64,000 bases of DNA from the NCBI RefSeq assembly GCF_964204645.1, contig NC_134026.1, positions 11,741,950-11,805,949 on the forward strand, read 5' to 3'. Shown in pieces: positions 41,801-51,899 of the stretch. The first letter of the stretch is position 1; every line of letters starts with the position of its first letter. Made by a program: the position numbers and the translations under genes. This stretch comes from Tubulanus polymorphus (taxonomy: Eukaryota; Animalia; Nemertea). The notes under the pieces were generated by a model. The model did not search any database and was not told the DNA's origin. It worked only from the letters and a program-made list of their open reading frames with translations.

Positions 41801-44800
41801 TTGATTGATCGCAAATGATTGAGAAGAAAAGAATAATTAATTTAAAGCATTGATGTGATGTGATGTGTGTCACAATTGTACCGTGTTCATTAAAACATCT
41901 GCTCGAGAGCACTGGACCTCTGGTCCTCTAGTCTTAAGGCGAATTTGTCATGTCACCAAATTTGATTTTAAGTAAAATCTTTTCTATCCTGGCATAATCA
42001 AATTTGATTTGGTCAAATTTTTTAATTTAACACGGCATCAAATTCAAATCGATTCATCAAATCACCAGTGGGATTTGATACGATTTGATTTGATTTAAAG
42101 ATGGCAGACTCTAAATTTCTTTTTCAAAAGAGTGCCATTCAGTAAAAATGCCCTTAGCTGTTTTTGAAATCTCGATGCACGTGTCACATCAACTCATGGT
42201 TTTAGAATCCACGATAAGTATTATCAAATGGAAAATATCAAAGCTGCCCCAAATGTTCAAAAACTCAGTGAAACTGAAACTCATGTGTTGTAGAAAATGA
42301 TACTCAATAACCAGGGGCAGCATATTTCCATCGAGTACTGTACCCTTTCCTATGGTTTTTGCCAATATTTTCTAAATTTGGATTGATCGCCGATGGTTTT
42401 TCTATACGACCCGGCCCTCCGGTATTGCATTTAGCCACCTGCGAAATCCGCCATCTTTTTTCTTGGCGTTCTAGCAGTAGAACGCGTTGGATTTTTTCGC
42501 CGTAAAAATCTGGGAATAAGATATTAAGGAGTTTTCACTCTCATAACGGTGAGTCCGTTTGGTTTGGGGGTTATCCCTGGTTTCTATTTTTCGGTAAGAA
42601 TTTTATTTACAAATATAATTTGATTGAATTGAATTGAATTTATTATTGTGACAGAATGATTATGCCGCCCCCTCCTAGGGGTCAACATCGTGGCGGGGAG
42701 GGATTGTTTGGCGCCAGGGACAATCACGATTCGTGTGCGTCTCGTGCAGGCGCAAATCCGGTCAAATATGTGCAAGGAGCAATCCTTGCAAGATTTGCGA
42801 GGTGTGGTCCGAGGACCTTTGGCTTCGGGCCGATAAGGCTCTTAAACTAAGAGATCGTCGTCAAGTTAATAGCAGGGATTCGTCGGTTTCGTGCCAACCG
42901 ACGTCTCTAATTCTATTTCTAATCGTATAGCGGAGCGGTCGCCGGTCGTTCTGATAATTGGCTTCCCAACTCCGTTCACCGGGGAGGAACGCTGGTTCAC
43001 CGGCACCGGTCTCCAGTCATTCACCGGTCACTGGTTGTTCAGCCGGTTCGGCCGGTTCAGACTACATGTTCTGAACCGAGCGCGCGCCGCGGTAGTCGGG
43101 AACGGCCCGTACCGGTTCGGTCGGTACCGGTCCGGTCCGGGTCGGGCATCGGTCCGGTCCAGACGTCATCCGGTTCAAAACATTGGGTTCGTTCATCGTC
43201 TGATTCTGATCGTCGCTCCGGGGATAGAGCTCGCTCTCCCACTAGACGTCGTGAGCGTAATAAACGCGCAAGATCTCCTCGCAGATCAACGTTTGATCGC
43301 GAGAGGGATTACGATCGTTATTGTAGGAAGTTTCGCCGTCGGTCTTCTCATCGTTCGTCGACGTCGGTTAGCGATGAAGGCGATTCTTCTAGTAGGTCTC
43401 GATCCCGTTCGAGGGACCCACACCGAAGTCAGCATGATCGTCGGGATACTGGAAAATTCCTGACTCAGAAGGATTTCCATGTATTTGAAGAGAAAATTTT
43501 AAACTCGTTATCATCGTCGCAACAAGTCGCTGCAACCTCTACAACAGGTAAGCCTATTCCTGATTGTCCGGTTAGAAGTTCGCCAGCCCACTCAGTTCTT
43601 CGGAATTCTTACTCTGAAATCCTGGATGCTGCGGTAGGGTCTGAGTTCAATGAGGATCCGGTCCCAGAAGCGGCAATTCCTTCTGGGGTCGTTCCTGTCG
43701 CGAGCAATTGTGGGTTGCCCCAGACGATGGGGACTTCCCTGGCTCGCAATGTATCTCCGTCCCGTTCAGTTTTATCCGAACCAGCGGGGGACATGCCATT
43801 TAGAGCGATGATAAGTGAGTTCTTTGTCAAGCACGGGGCAACTCCCGCTAAGCCCACAGCAGCTCCTCTGGTCGGTGAGTCAATGGAAGCTTATTGCCCT
43901 CCAGACTCCGATCTTAACGTTTTACGGGAATCGTCGGCGGTTTCGAGAGAATGGGCTCGATTGGATACGCAATTATGGGGTGAATATCGGCCTGGAACAT
44001 TTTCATTTCCCCCTCCAGAATGGGGTATGAAATCTGGGAAATATTTTAGTTCAACCGATCCACCTATAGGCGCATTTCGCTCAGCCTATTACGCAACTCC
44101 AGGTGCTGTGGATCACAGTCATAACTGCCTGGATGCTGATTATACTTTGATCAGCCCGGATACTGTTACAGCACAGTCCGGTATTCGTTTGCCTAATGCC
44201 GGTTTGGTGGCCATGACGTCAATCCTGGACAATCTTACCAGGGTTGGTTCGTTTCAGGATATGGCACTTAAGGTGTTGACGGGTGAGCTTCGCGAGACTC
44301 ACGCTGCCGAGTCAGTTGCCCTAAAACTGGAGGGAATGGATCGGATTATCCAATCTTTGGCTCGGTCTGTTTCGCATGTAATTCCGTCGTCGGTTCGGGG
44401 TCAGGCTAATCTTTTGTTAGCCTCCCGTCAGTCAGTGATGGACTCCAGTTCCAAAACTCGTCTACCGGATATGGTGTCCAATGCTTTGCTGAGAACTCCA
44501 TTGGGGACGTCTTCACGTCTCTTCTCCGGTTGGTGCGCTCCGGTTTCCGCAGAGCTGAGGAAGATTCGGGAGGTCCAGGCCAAGTCCTACCCCCGAACTC
44601 CGTGGAAAAAGCGTTCTGGTCCGACGCCGGCGGCGCTAGGTTCGGCACGGACGCAAACAGGACCATCTCAAACTTCAGTGCTTTCTCAGGCGGCTTCGGA
44701 TGCCGGTTGGAGAACTAGCGCGCAACTTCAACAATCGTGTCAAGCCTCGTCCAGTCGTAACAGTTCCGGTTCGTATCGAGGCAAGGGGACGGCTCCAAAA

Positions 44801-47800
44801 AGGGGCTCTTCCTTTCGGAAAAACTCGAAATGAATTCTTGGGACCAGTGGGAGGTTGTCTGCAGCAGGCAGCAACCCACTGGTCCGACCTTTTCGGAGAC
44901 GGTTGGCCCTCCCGGGTCGTCTCTCGTGGCTACCGTCTCCGTTTCCTAAGGCGACCGCGCCTGACGAGGTCACTTCCCGACATGCGGCCAAAACCAGGTC
45001 AGGAGGCCTTAATCTCTCCGGCTCTCAAGGAATTGGCCGAGAAGGGAGCGATAGAACCAGTTTGCAACGAAACTTCTCCCGGCTGGTTTTCTCGAATATT
45101 CATGGTACCAATGGCCACAGGGGGTCACTGGACAGTGATAGATCTGTCATCCCTCAATCGGCACCTAGACATTCCAAGGTTCCGGATGACCAAACCCAAG
45201 GACGTGATTCAAGGGCTCCGTCCGGGTCAATGGGCGGCTTCGTTGGGCCTGAAAGATGCTTACTTTCAGGTTCCAATTCACCCAAAATCTCGGCGATTTC
45301 TCAGGATAAAGTGGAAAGGCCGCCAGTTCCAATTCAGGTCTCATCCATTTGGCCTACGGCCCCGTGGGTTTTCACCAAGTTGGTCAAGTCAGTTCAGAAG
45401 GTACTCAGTCGCGAATTCAGCTCAGGAATGTCGGGAGGCAATGACCTCAGTCTTGGACTTAGTCCATCACCTAGGGTTCCGCGTAAACAGGGAAAAATCT
45501 CAGTTGACGCCGGCCCAACAGTTCACTTATCTCGGCATGGACTTCGATCTCCAAATCGGCAAAGTCTTTCCGTCAATGGCTCGAGTAGCCAAACTTCAAG
45601 AAGCTGTAGTGGGAGTGTCCACAACCCCGAGAACAGCTCGTTACTGGTCACGGCTTCTAGGCTCCATCAGCTCCATGGGTCTGGTGGTGCCCTTAGGCCG
45701 CCTCAGAAGCAGGCGCTTGCAACAATATTGGAAAGTCTTCTGGTCTCGGTCGAAGGACAACTGGGAGACCTTGATTCCCGTACCTCCAACCGATCTAAGT
45801 CCGGATCTTCAGTGGTGGGCGGCAACTACGAATCTTCGGCGCGGAGTGTCACTAGCCCCGTTAGAGGCTCCAGTTCGTGTATTCACAGATGCCAGTCACC
45901 AAGGATGGGGGCACATCTGGAGAACCGAGTCAAAGCCGGGAGATGGTCTCGCTACGAGGCCACCAACCACATAAATTTCCTAGAAATGCTGGCCGTGTGG
46001 AAGGCCCTGAAGTTCTTTCACAGGAGAGTGGAGGGCCACGTTTGGTTAGCCACAGGCAATTCAACAGTGAGGGCTTACCTTCAGAACCAAGGGGGCACTC
46101 ACTCAGAAACCCTCACGGGTCTGTCGGCCAAAATTCTTCTTTGGTGCCACACAAAGGGCATGTCCCTGACTGTGGCACATTTAGCAGGGAAAAGGAACGT
46201 GATGGCCGATGCTCTATCTCGTCGAGGTCAGGCTATTGCGACAGAATGGGTTCTCCACCAAGAAGTAGCCAATCTGGTTTGGGGCATGTTTGGCAATCCG
46301 CTGTTGGATCTGTTTGCCACCCGGTTCAATCGGAGGTGTCCTCTGTTTGTGTCCCCGTTTCCAAACGCGGAAGCGTGGGGGGGTCGATGCCTTCTCTCTG
46401 GACTGGTCGGGGATGCATGCATATGCGTTCCCTCCCACAACAGTCCTGCCGCGCTTGCTGGTTCGAGATCAGTCAATTGCAACATATTTCTGGTAGCACC
46501 ATGTTGGCCGGCTCAGAAATGGTTTCTACCACTTCTCAACCTACTGTGCGACATCCCCAGGATTCTTCCGAATTTCCCATCGCTTCTGTCTCAGGGGAAC
46601 TCTCGGCATCATCCAAACAGCCAGTGGTTAAATCTACTCACCTGGCCATTGTCCAGCGATCCTTGTCAGCTTCAGGCTTTTCAGAACAGGCTGCCTCCTT
46701 TATCGCAGGATCTAAGCAGCCATCAACAAGTACCATTTACGATGCCAAATGGGGTCATTTTGCGGATTGGTGTGCTGCAGGGGAAATTGATCCATGCTCA
46801 CCCTCTGTAGCTCAATTGGCAGATTTTTTACTGCACCTATTTGTAGTAAAAGGTTTGCAGGTTATAACTATTAACCCTTTCAGTGCGTCTACACCGCAGT
46901 GCGGTGTATAAATCAGTGATGGATTTTGCTAGTACACCGCACTGCGGTGTATTGATGTAATTAGTAATTTGTAATTATCTCTATTGAAAAATGGCAGCAA
47001 GTGTCAAACATAGTGAAATACTAGTAACTAACGATACACCGCACTATAGTGGTATTCCCATTGTTCAACACACTAGGGTGGAATTTTTTAGAATTTTCAA
47101 ATTTTCTCCAGCACTATAGGGTATTAATTAGTCAGCACTGAAAGGGTTAAAGGTTACCACTCCGCGATTTCTCATACATTGCGTGCTTCTGGACGGCCAA
47201 ATGTAACAGGGGATCATCGGATATCCCAGCTTGTTGCAGGGTTTTCTATTTCCCGGCCTCGAGTACCAAGGATAGTTCCACCATGGGATCTGTCTGTAAT
47301 TTGAAGAAGTTAATGGAGGCTCCTTTTGAACCTCTTTCGGCAGCGTCATTTGCGAATTTGTCAAAAAAGACTGTATTTCTGCTGTTCTTGGTTTGCTCGG
47401 CCCGTCGCTCTGAGATTCATGCGTTTTCAGTCCGACGAGGTCGTATTGTCTTCGGGCCAGCGGCCTGCTTTGGAGTTTTTGGCAAAGAACCAACGACCAG
47501 GCTCGTTTGGGCGTCAATGGCGAATGGTGAAGCCCTAAAACATCGAGTGGAAACGGGTCTTCCGGACAGGACATTATGCCCTGTGCGGGCGTTGTGTTTC
47601 TATTTAGATCGCTCTGCTCCACGGAGGGGTTCGCGGGAGCGGTTATTTATTCCGCTGCTGGATCACCTGAAGGGTGATATTTCTCGGGACACAGGGGCCC
47701 GATGGGTCTCTTCACTGATCAAGGACATTTTATTGAAGGAGAATCTTTCCTCGGAGGGAGTGGTTTCTCATCAAGTGAGGTCTATGGCTACTTCCTGCGC

Positions 47801-49614
47801 AGCCTTTTCAGTCGGAAGTCTGTCGGGCCGCCTTTTGGAATTCTCCATCGACATTCACGTCATTTTATTTACGGGATGTTTCAGGCCAGTTAGGCACATT
47901 AGCTTCACTCGGTCCTGTTGTTATGGCTCAAGGTGTCCGTTCTTTCCGATCGGACCCTTTAGCGTTGAATATTTATGTTGCATTATCAGGATCACAGGGG
48001 GTGTATCCATGTACATAGTTTGGGTTCATATTCGCAAGTATTAATTTCACAAAATTCAGGGGGGCCCTGAGCTGGACGGACTCACTGTGGCCAACCGTTC
48101 TTCCCTGCCCTACAGTGCTCCATTCCGTGCTTGGGTAAGTGCTCTCTTTTTTCCCGTTTGAGCGGTGGTTTTTCTATCTACCTTTCCCACCATCCTTGTG
48201 CTAGGCTAGTCTAGCAAAAACCATAGGAAAGGGTACAGTACTTGACGGAAATATTACAATTTTTGGAACTAAAATTAGTATTTCCGAGTAGTACTTACCC
48301 TTTCCTATGGTGGGAATCCCGCCGACCTGCCCTGCATAGCTGCTTTTTTTGGGTCTGCTATGACGTAAAAAGATGGCGGATTTCGCCGGTGGCTAAATGT
48401 AATACCGCAGGGCCGGGTCGTATAGAAAAACCATTGGCGATCAATCCAAATTTAGAAAATATTGGCAAAAACCATAGGAAAGGGTAAGTACTACTCGGAA
48501 ATACAAATTTTAGTTCCAAAAATTGTAATTTTCTTGTCAGCGGTTTGAACAAATAGTCAAATTTATCCTGTTGTGCAAATCTGCTTCGATTAGATGACAC
48601 GTGACTAGCAAATTATGATTAGAAGAATCAAATTTGATTTGACGTGATATATATACCTTTAGTTTTACATGAATACAGACATGGTAGGGTGCAATATGGT
48701 AGGGTGCAATCAATATACAGTTGAATTAGTACAGCTGTAGCATTTCGTGTAAATAATTTACAGCCTAAGTTTGTCCAATATAAAGTAAGAATTTAGTTAG
48801 CCTTGACCACTAAGTCAATATATGGACAAAATATGGACAGCCTGTAATGGAATCAAACAATATGATAACCATTAGAAATGCATAATACCTTAGGGCCCAC
48901 AGATTTCATACATATAACCATAATTCACCCCCTATCCTATTTGTCGAACTGTGGCAATCTTTATGGGGGACCTCTTTTTCATTACAGGTACTTTTTTGGT
49001 TCTGTCTTATGCCTCCAATGACATGTTGGTTGCCTCAGATTATCCTGTTCCTGGAATAAAGTGTTTAGAATTTTACCTACTTAAATTCATGTTATGACAA
49101 CCCATCATATCCTCCCCTGGCATGAATTTTAACTTTATGCCATCGTAAGACTCTGTCATGACAAGAAACCCTACCTTATCACTGTGAATGCGCGGGTTAG
49201 CTGCATGAAAACATTCAGTGCCTGTTTACTGATGCAAAGTCACAGTGAGGTAAATAGAGGATAAGAAAACCCAGGCTGAAATGAAACATTATTTCTGATT
49301 GGCTTATGTGACATTTTGTGCATTCAAGCTTATCAGACTGGGTTTGATGCCGTGGCCGAGTCTCAGCCTTTGCGCCTCAAGAGGAATATTTCTAGCATTC
49401 ATTATTTTTAGATATTGCAAATTACATGAGCAGAACACAATTGTAGTTATATTTCTGCACATATGAGTTATCCAGGTTTTTACTCTGGCATATTTATTTT
49501 TGTTTATAGGTGATACGTACATTAGATCCAAAATTTAATCCATCTGCGACACCAGAGGTGCAAGCATTGAGAAATCAGCTGCAGGAAAAAGATCGTCTTA
49601 TTGAACATTTAGAG
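2808..49614 (+). CDS. HOOK3: HOOK family microtubule-tethering/dynein adaptor (HOOK3-like), 17 internal exons; 5' and 3' exons outside window
   Basis: Exon phases are all compatible (1869 nt, 623 codons, no stop). Hook-domain motifs [20 protein letters not shown] and [16 protein letters not shown], coiled coil, [22 protein letters not shown]. Paralog naming is approximate (invertebrate Hook homolog). Confidence 0.93.
2985..3108 (+). CDS. HOOK3: HOOK exon ([14 protein letters not shown]...ILDYYAE)
   Basis: AG/GT bounded; conserved [13 protein letters not shown]. Confidence 0.93.
3291..5055 (+). mobile_element. Degenerate Helentron-like family A copy containing a nested family B element
   Basis: 5' TTTAGCCCACTTGGGACTTACGTCCC and 3' GGCATGGTGTCCTTCGACCCCTAGT. 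Confidence 0.7.
3865..5004 (+). mobile_element. Helentron-like non-autonomous family B
   Basis: 5' TTGGTTTACCTT, 3' subterminal inverted AAGGTAAACCA, then hairpin TTGCCCATGGGCAA and TT. Similar ends recur at 35657-36857. Confidence 0.6.
6226..6767 (+). CDS. CIDE-N (CAD)-like domain, 2 exons (6226-6322, 6559-6767)
   Basis: Spliced [64 protein letters not shown] resembles the CIDE-N pattern RPfrV...GL.a.s..ELl.Ka...DGT.Vd.EdFFq.Lp. Confidence 0.6.
6954..7805 (+). pseudogene. Degenerate ORF of the TIR element (coiled coil then Cys/His-containing region)
   Basis: ORFs 6882-7214 and 7293-7805 share one frame, separated by stops. aaacag acceptor ends at 6953. Confidence 0.45.
7796..8045 (+). repeat. 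125-bp direct tandem duplication spanning a Helentron 5' junction
   Basis: 7796-7920 and 7921-8045 appear identical; both end in TTTTTAGCCCACTT. Confidence 0.9.
8035..9290 (+). mobile_element. Helentron-like non-autonomous (HINE/DINE-1-type) family A, full length
   Basis: Inserted in T-run. 5' GCCCACTTGGG and 3' CCCAAGTGGGC subTIRs, 5' hairpin GGGACTTTAGTCCC, (TCCG)n microsatellite, internal 154-bp tandem units, 3' hairpin + CTAGT. Confidence 0.9.
9930..9981 (+). CDS. HOOK3: HOOK exon ([17 protein letters not shown])
   Basis: tgtag/gtacgt; matches Hook [10 protein letters not shown]. Confidence 0.9.
11392..11540 (+). CDS. HOOK3: HOOK exon ([23 protein letters not shown]...MHAIQE)
   Basis: AG/GT bounded; signature Hook motif. 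Confidence 0.95.
11632..11691 (+). CDS. HOOK3: HOOK exon ([20 protein letters not shown])
   Basis: AG/GT bounded, phase 0-0. Confidence 0.85.
13531..13922 (-). mobile_element. Penelope-like 3' end/pLTR, inverted copy
   Basis: Reverse complement of ~17274-17683. Confidence 0.85.
13586..13627 (-). ncRNA. Minimal hammerhead ribozyme-like motif (mutated) in Penelope pLTR
   Basis: CTGATGA-TGGCTGTTAGTCAACAGCC-AAAAC; canonical GAAAC changed to AAAAC. Confidence 0.5.
14179..14194 (+). other. Primer binding site (tRNA-Tyr 3' complement-like)
   Basis: TGGTCCCTCGAGCCGG, one mismatch from TGGTCCTTCGAGCCGG typical of BEL/Pao. Confidence 0.65.
15982..16766 (+). pseudogene. BEL/Pao pol remnants (RNase H C-terminal region and integrase core)
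   Basis: ORFs 15982-16488 and 16563-16766, preceded by a ~77-bp tandem duplication at ~15930-16083. Confidence 0.85.
16767..17683 (+). mobile_element. Penelope-like retroelement 3' part: GIY-YIG endonuclease remnant + pLTR
   Basis: GVYKIP...[16 protein letters not shown]...NHVFTTNH...ILE..LI...N.NTG with frameshift and stops. Confidence 0.9.
17587..17628 (+). ncRNA. Minimal hammerhead ribozyme-like motif (mutated)
   Basis: CCAC-CTGATGA-stem II GGCTGTT/AACAGCC-AAAAC...GTGG. Confidence 0.5.
17811..18111. mobile_element. MITE with CAGG...GGATCCAG / CTGGATCC...CCTG termini (hAT-like)
   Basis: Imperfect 15-bp TIRs; no clear TSD. Confidence 0.6.
18384..19060. mobile_element. Foldback MITE, ~190-bp TIRs, 7-bp TSD GTATCAG (P-element-like ends CA...TG)
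   Basis: CACAGGCACTCGCCGATGGG... / ...CCCATCGGCGAGTGCCTGTG; GTATCAG at 18377-18383 and 19061-19067. Confidence 0.85.
19255..19338 (+). CDS. HOOK3: HOOK exon ([28 protein letters not shown])
   Basis: AG/GT bounded. Confidence 0.92.
19543..19637 (+). CDS. HOOK3: HOOK exon ([14 protein letters not shown]...SDSLDDP)
   Basis: AG/GTAAGT bounded. Confidence 0.92.
19823..21086 (+). mobile_element. Helentron-like family A, full length
   Basis: Same termini and 154-bp units as 8035-9290. Interrupts a GTATAAGTC/GACTTATAC-type MITE remnant. Confidence 0.9.
21302..21381 (+). CDS. HOOK3: HOOK exon ([26 protein letters not shown])
   Basis: AG/GT bounded. Confidence 0.9.
22443..22507 (+). CDS. HOOK3: HOOK exon ([22 protein letters not shown])
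   Basis: AG/GT bounded. Confidence 0.9.
22713..23269. mobile_element. Tc1/mariner (pogo/Tc2-like) MITE, TA TSD
   Basis: TA|CCGTAAAAACCGGCGTATAAGTC ... GACTTATACGCCGGTTTTTACGG|TA perfect TIR. Confidence 0.9.
23386..23512 (+). CDS. HOOK3: HOOK exon ([23 protein letters not shown]...YKKKM)
   Basis: AG/GTAAG bounded. Confidence 0.93.
23591..24683 (+). mobile_element. Helentron-like family A, diverged copy
   Basis: Family termini and three 154-bp-type units. Confidence 0.85.
25056..26024. mobile_element. piggyBac-like non-autonomous element
   Basis: TTAA|CCCTTTCAATACCAC ... GTGGTATTGTAAGGG|TTAA. Confidence 0.85.
26176..26261 (+). CDS. HOOK3: HOOK exon ([29 protein letters not shown])
   Basis: AG/GT bounded. 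Confidence 0.93.
27360..27880 (+). mobile_element. Helentron-like family A internal fragment
   Basis: Matches central part and units of family A. Confidence 0.75.
29699..29863 (+). CDS. HOOK3: HOOK exon ([19 protein letters not shown]...KRADKLDFE...KEKE)
   Basis: AG/GTAAG bounded. Confidence 0.93.
31448..32721 (+). mobile_element. Helentron-like family A, full length
   Basis: Family termini; four CCAGGGGGCG motifs spaced ~154 bp. Confidence 0.9.
32883..33290 (+). repeat. Interspersed repeat (partial copies at ~38550-38730 and ~56850-57150)
   Basis: Shared TTAGGCCAGCCATAGGCT... and GCAACTGAGCAT...CATTCATTA...GCTGAATT blocks. Confidence 0.65.
34489..34648. mobile_element. Harbinger-type MITE with CTG TSD
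   Basis: CTG|GGCCA ... TGGCC|CTG with extended imperfect inverted symmetry. Confidence 0.65.
35125..35194 (+). CDS. HOOK3: HOOK exon ([23 protein letters not shown])
   Basis: AG/GTAAGT; conserved [13 protein letters not shown]. Confidence 0.93.
35657..36857 (+). mobile_element. Helentron-like family B-type element
   Basis: 5' TTGGTTTACC, 3' GGTAAACC + GCCCATGGGC hairpin. Inserted at the CTAGTT end of a family A fragment. Confidence 0.55.
36961..38031. mobile_element. piggyBac-like MITE with nested insertion
   Basis: AA|CCCATTAGCACTCAA ... TTGAGTGCTAATGGG|TT; TTAA sites degenerate (TCAA/TTAT). Confidence 0.7.
37112..37795. mobile_element. hAT-like MITE with 6-bp TSD CCTATT
   Basis: CCTATT|TAGGGAGGAAA ... 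TTTCCTCCCTG|CCTATT. Confidence 0.7.
39708..39789 (+). CDS. HOOK3: HOOK exon ([10 protein letters not shown]...MNIPPEV)
   Basis: AG/GT bounded; phases 1/2 fit neighbouring exons. Confidence 0.8.
39877..40017 (+). CDS. HOOK3: HOOK exon ([15 protein letters not shown]...ESEN)
   Basis: Conserved [13 protein letters not shown]. Confidence 0.93.
40083..40380 (+). CDS. HOOK3: HOOK exon ([10 protein letters not shown]...[14 protein letters not shown])
   Basis: AG/GTAAGT; conserved C-terminal motif. Confidence 0.95.
40520..41256 (+). mobile_element. Helentron-like family C with 133-bp tandem array
   Basis: subTIRs AGCTCTGCTGTG / CACAGCGGAGCT, 3' hairpin AGCCAATAGGCT, GTC/GTT microsatellite, ~4 units of 133 bp. 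Confidence 0.75.
42662..44833 (+). pseudogene. DIRS gag-like ORF (N-terminal Cys/His finger, SR-rich linker), frameshifted
   Basis: DNHDSC..C...[10 protein letters not shown] spread across frames; ORF 43715-44833. Confidence 0.75.
44834..46810 (+). pseudogene. DIRS pol: reverse transcriptase, RNase H and DNA N6-adenine methyltransferase-like domain
   Basis: [68 protein letters not shown]...DAFSLDW...YAFPP; several frameshifts. Confidence 0.9.
46660..47950 (+). pseudogene. DIRS tyrosine recombinase, split by MITE and frameshifts
   Basis: [15 protein letters not shown]; [10 protein letters not shown] after MITE removal; [20 protein letters not shown]. Confidence 0.9.
46875..47146. mobile_element. 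piggyBac-like MITE inserted in DIRS YR
   Basis: TTAA|CCCTTTCAGTGC ... GCACTGAAAGGG|TTAA; precise removal restores the YR frame. Confidence 0.92.
49510..49614 (+). CDS. HOOK3: HOOK exon ([35 protein letters not shown])
   Basis: AG/GT bounded; conserved VIRTLDPK.N...[11 protein letters not shown]. Confidence 0.93.
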
Positions 49615-49650
49615 GTAATCGTACAGAATTTTTGAAATTATGTGAAAGTA

Positions 49651-50070
49651 CGGTACAGCCTAGAAGAAACTTAACTCCGTTTTCATTTGCGTTTAGTTTT
49701 ATGTCGTTTAAACCGCGTTCTGTAATTCGTTTTCGTTTAGTTCCGAACGCGTTCGAAACTCGTTAGGGATGAATATCCGTTTCTAAATAACGCATTTTGT
49801 TGCATGCTTATGGGTGCAACAAAACTTCGAACGCTCCTATTGAGCGTTTATAATGTTACTGCATGTATTTTACCATGTAGTCATCCAAATACAAGAAGTT
49901 GCTCTCAAAAAGAAGGGAGCTGCATTCGATGAGTGATACATTTGAACCGCGGTAGTAACTAGATTGATTCGCGTTTCTATTTCGTTTTATCAAAAAGGAA
50001 AAATGAAAACGCAACGATCTCTGACGAACGCCGGATGCGTTATGAGTTATGTTACTTCTAGGCTGTACCG
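49651..50070. mobile_element. MITE with TA TSD
   Basis: TA|CGGTACAGCCTAGAAG ... CTTCTAGGCTGTACCG|TA; a lone end also at ~18135-18160. Confidence 0.85.
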
Positions 50071-50425
50071 TAGGTGGGCTGAATGATTGAATATTGGTTA
50101 ATGATAAAACCCTTTCTGAAATATCTCCCTTGTGATGGTGCACAACCGGTGTCTTGCATCAACATACAACTGTTCTGTTACTATGTTAAGTTGCACATGT
50201 GTATTCTGGAGTCAGGTTGTCCAGCATCCGATGTCCATCCGTGGACATATCCTGCTAGGGCAAACATCTTGATTTGTCTTGGTATACAGCCTACAACTCT
50301 TAAAGGGTTTACATGTAACTTGGTGTGATGATTGGGGCAGGTAAGATGTTCACTATTTTTGAAAATGGATTTCATCAGCCATCAAATATGGCCGCCAGGG
50401 TAGCCATCTTGAATTTCTTGTTAGC

Positions 50426-50685
50426 TGTTGTATTAGACTAGAGAGACGACCAGAAAACAGAACTCAGTACGAGGATCAGTTTGATCTTACAAATGCCTCA
50501 TGATTTATTCATACACAGATATTTATATGCTGCAAATATGATGGTCACAGACCGTCAATAACAAATGGTATTGAATTCAGAAATATAGAAATGTACAGTT
50601 CATTGGACAGTTCAGTCACACTCATAATAACGACAGTTGACATAGTTGAGTCACTCCATAGGACCGACATTAGGACAATACAGCA
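50426..50685 (-). mobile_element. Possible solo LTR
   Basis: TGTTGTATT...AATACAGCA inverted termini; TATA-like and AATAAA on minus strand; no TSD found. Confidence 0.35.
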
Positions 50686-51899
50686 GGGAATATCTGGTGG
50701 ATATCTATGAAACTTGATGTGAGAGTTAAGACAGGTTTATCTGCGTTCGACTTCAAGTCTTACAATGTGGGGGGATTGCGTGGGGTATTTGAGGCCGCAA
50801 GGTGTAACTATAGTTTGGATTCAGATAATTCTCTCTGACTTGAAAAGATGTCAGACTGTGATGTTTCTAATCATTCAATTTGAACTTCTGTATTAAAAAA
50901 GAGTTCTACTATGTGAAAGAAATTTATTTGAAAAAACAGAAAATCTTCTCTAGACTAAAGTGTTTATCCCACTTACATGGATCTGATAGTTTACTGTATA
51001 TCTGAAATTGATTTATTTGTTTGCTCTTAGAGGGACCAAGACCGCATAAGGAGCTCACGGGAACAAGAAGAAAAGTTGCTGGTATCTGCATTTTATAATC
51101 TGGTGAGTAAAGGAGACAATGTTGTCCAGTACTATGAATCCATTTTCTTCTGAACATCTTTATACAAGGATATACATTGATAGAAATTCATCTATCCAGA
51201 TTTCACAATAGATTTTACTTCAACTTATCGACTGAGATAATGTGACTTAACTGTATCAATGACAATGTTTTATTCAAGACTATGCTACGAGGTACCACCA
51301 GGCAAAACCCCAAATACACATTTAGGTGGCAGCACTGTACACATGTAGTATATGTAACAGAGATAAGAATTCCACGGCAAACCGTAGTTTTTGTACCAAA
51401 AAACATTTTTTTCAAAATAGTTTTAAAATAATGTAATAGTTTAAGGGGGATGATGGTGTCACTGACCCTGTCTGGTGCGACTGGTAATTGGGCTTGTCTG
51501 TTGCAATTTGTAGTCGGGCGACCCTAAAAGCGTTCAGTGCCTGTTTTACAAATCATCACGCATGTTGCTTTTTATTTCACATTTACCGACCTATTTCAAC
51601 ACTGATTTAAAGGGGTCATGAAGAGGTTTTGAAAACAAATTTTAAATCAATTTTTTTGGGTAAAACATTTACCGTATGCATCTTTAGTAGTCTCACGAAA
51701 AAAATTTTTAATTTCATTATCCAAACTCGAGAGAAGCCCGCAGCAACCGGACGCTCGCGTTTGCGCGGTGATGTTGATGGCTTTCCCTAGTGACCCACAT
51801 CGCTGTAGTGTGTACAACATACTGGCTGGCTACGTATGTATGCAGCACACATTACTACTACACGGGACGGTGCAGGCTGGGATACTACTGGGAATCAAT

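Larger units (their letters stand above)
42325..48531 (+). mobile_element. DIRS1-type tyrosine-recombinase retrotransposon, full length, degenerate
   Basis: Inverted terminal repeats 42325-42460 / 48367-48531, ICR 48214-48310 complementary to both outer ends, gag/RT/RH/MT/YR remnants. Confidence 0.95.

Noticed and set aside
44855-46810. 651-aa ORF as a single real protein
   Set aside because: The N-terminal half is an alternative frame over RT; only the C-terminal part carries RNase H/MT motifs after frameshifts.
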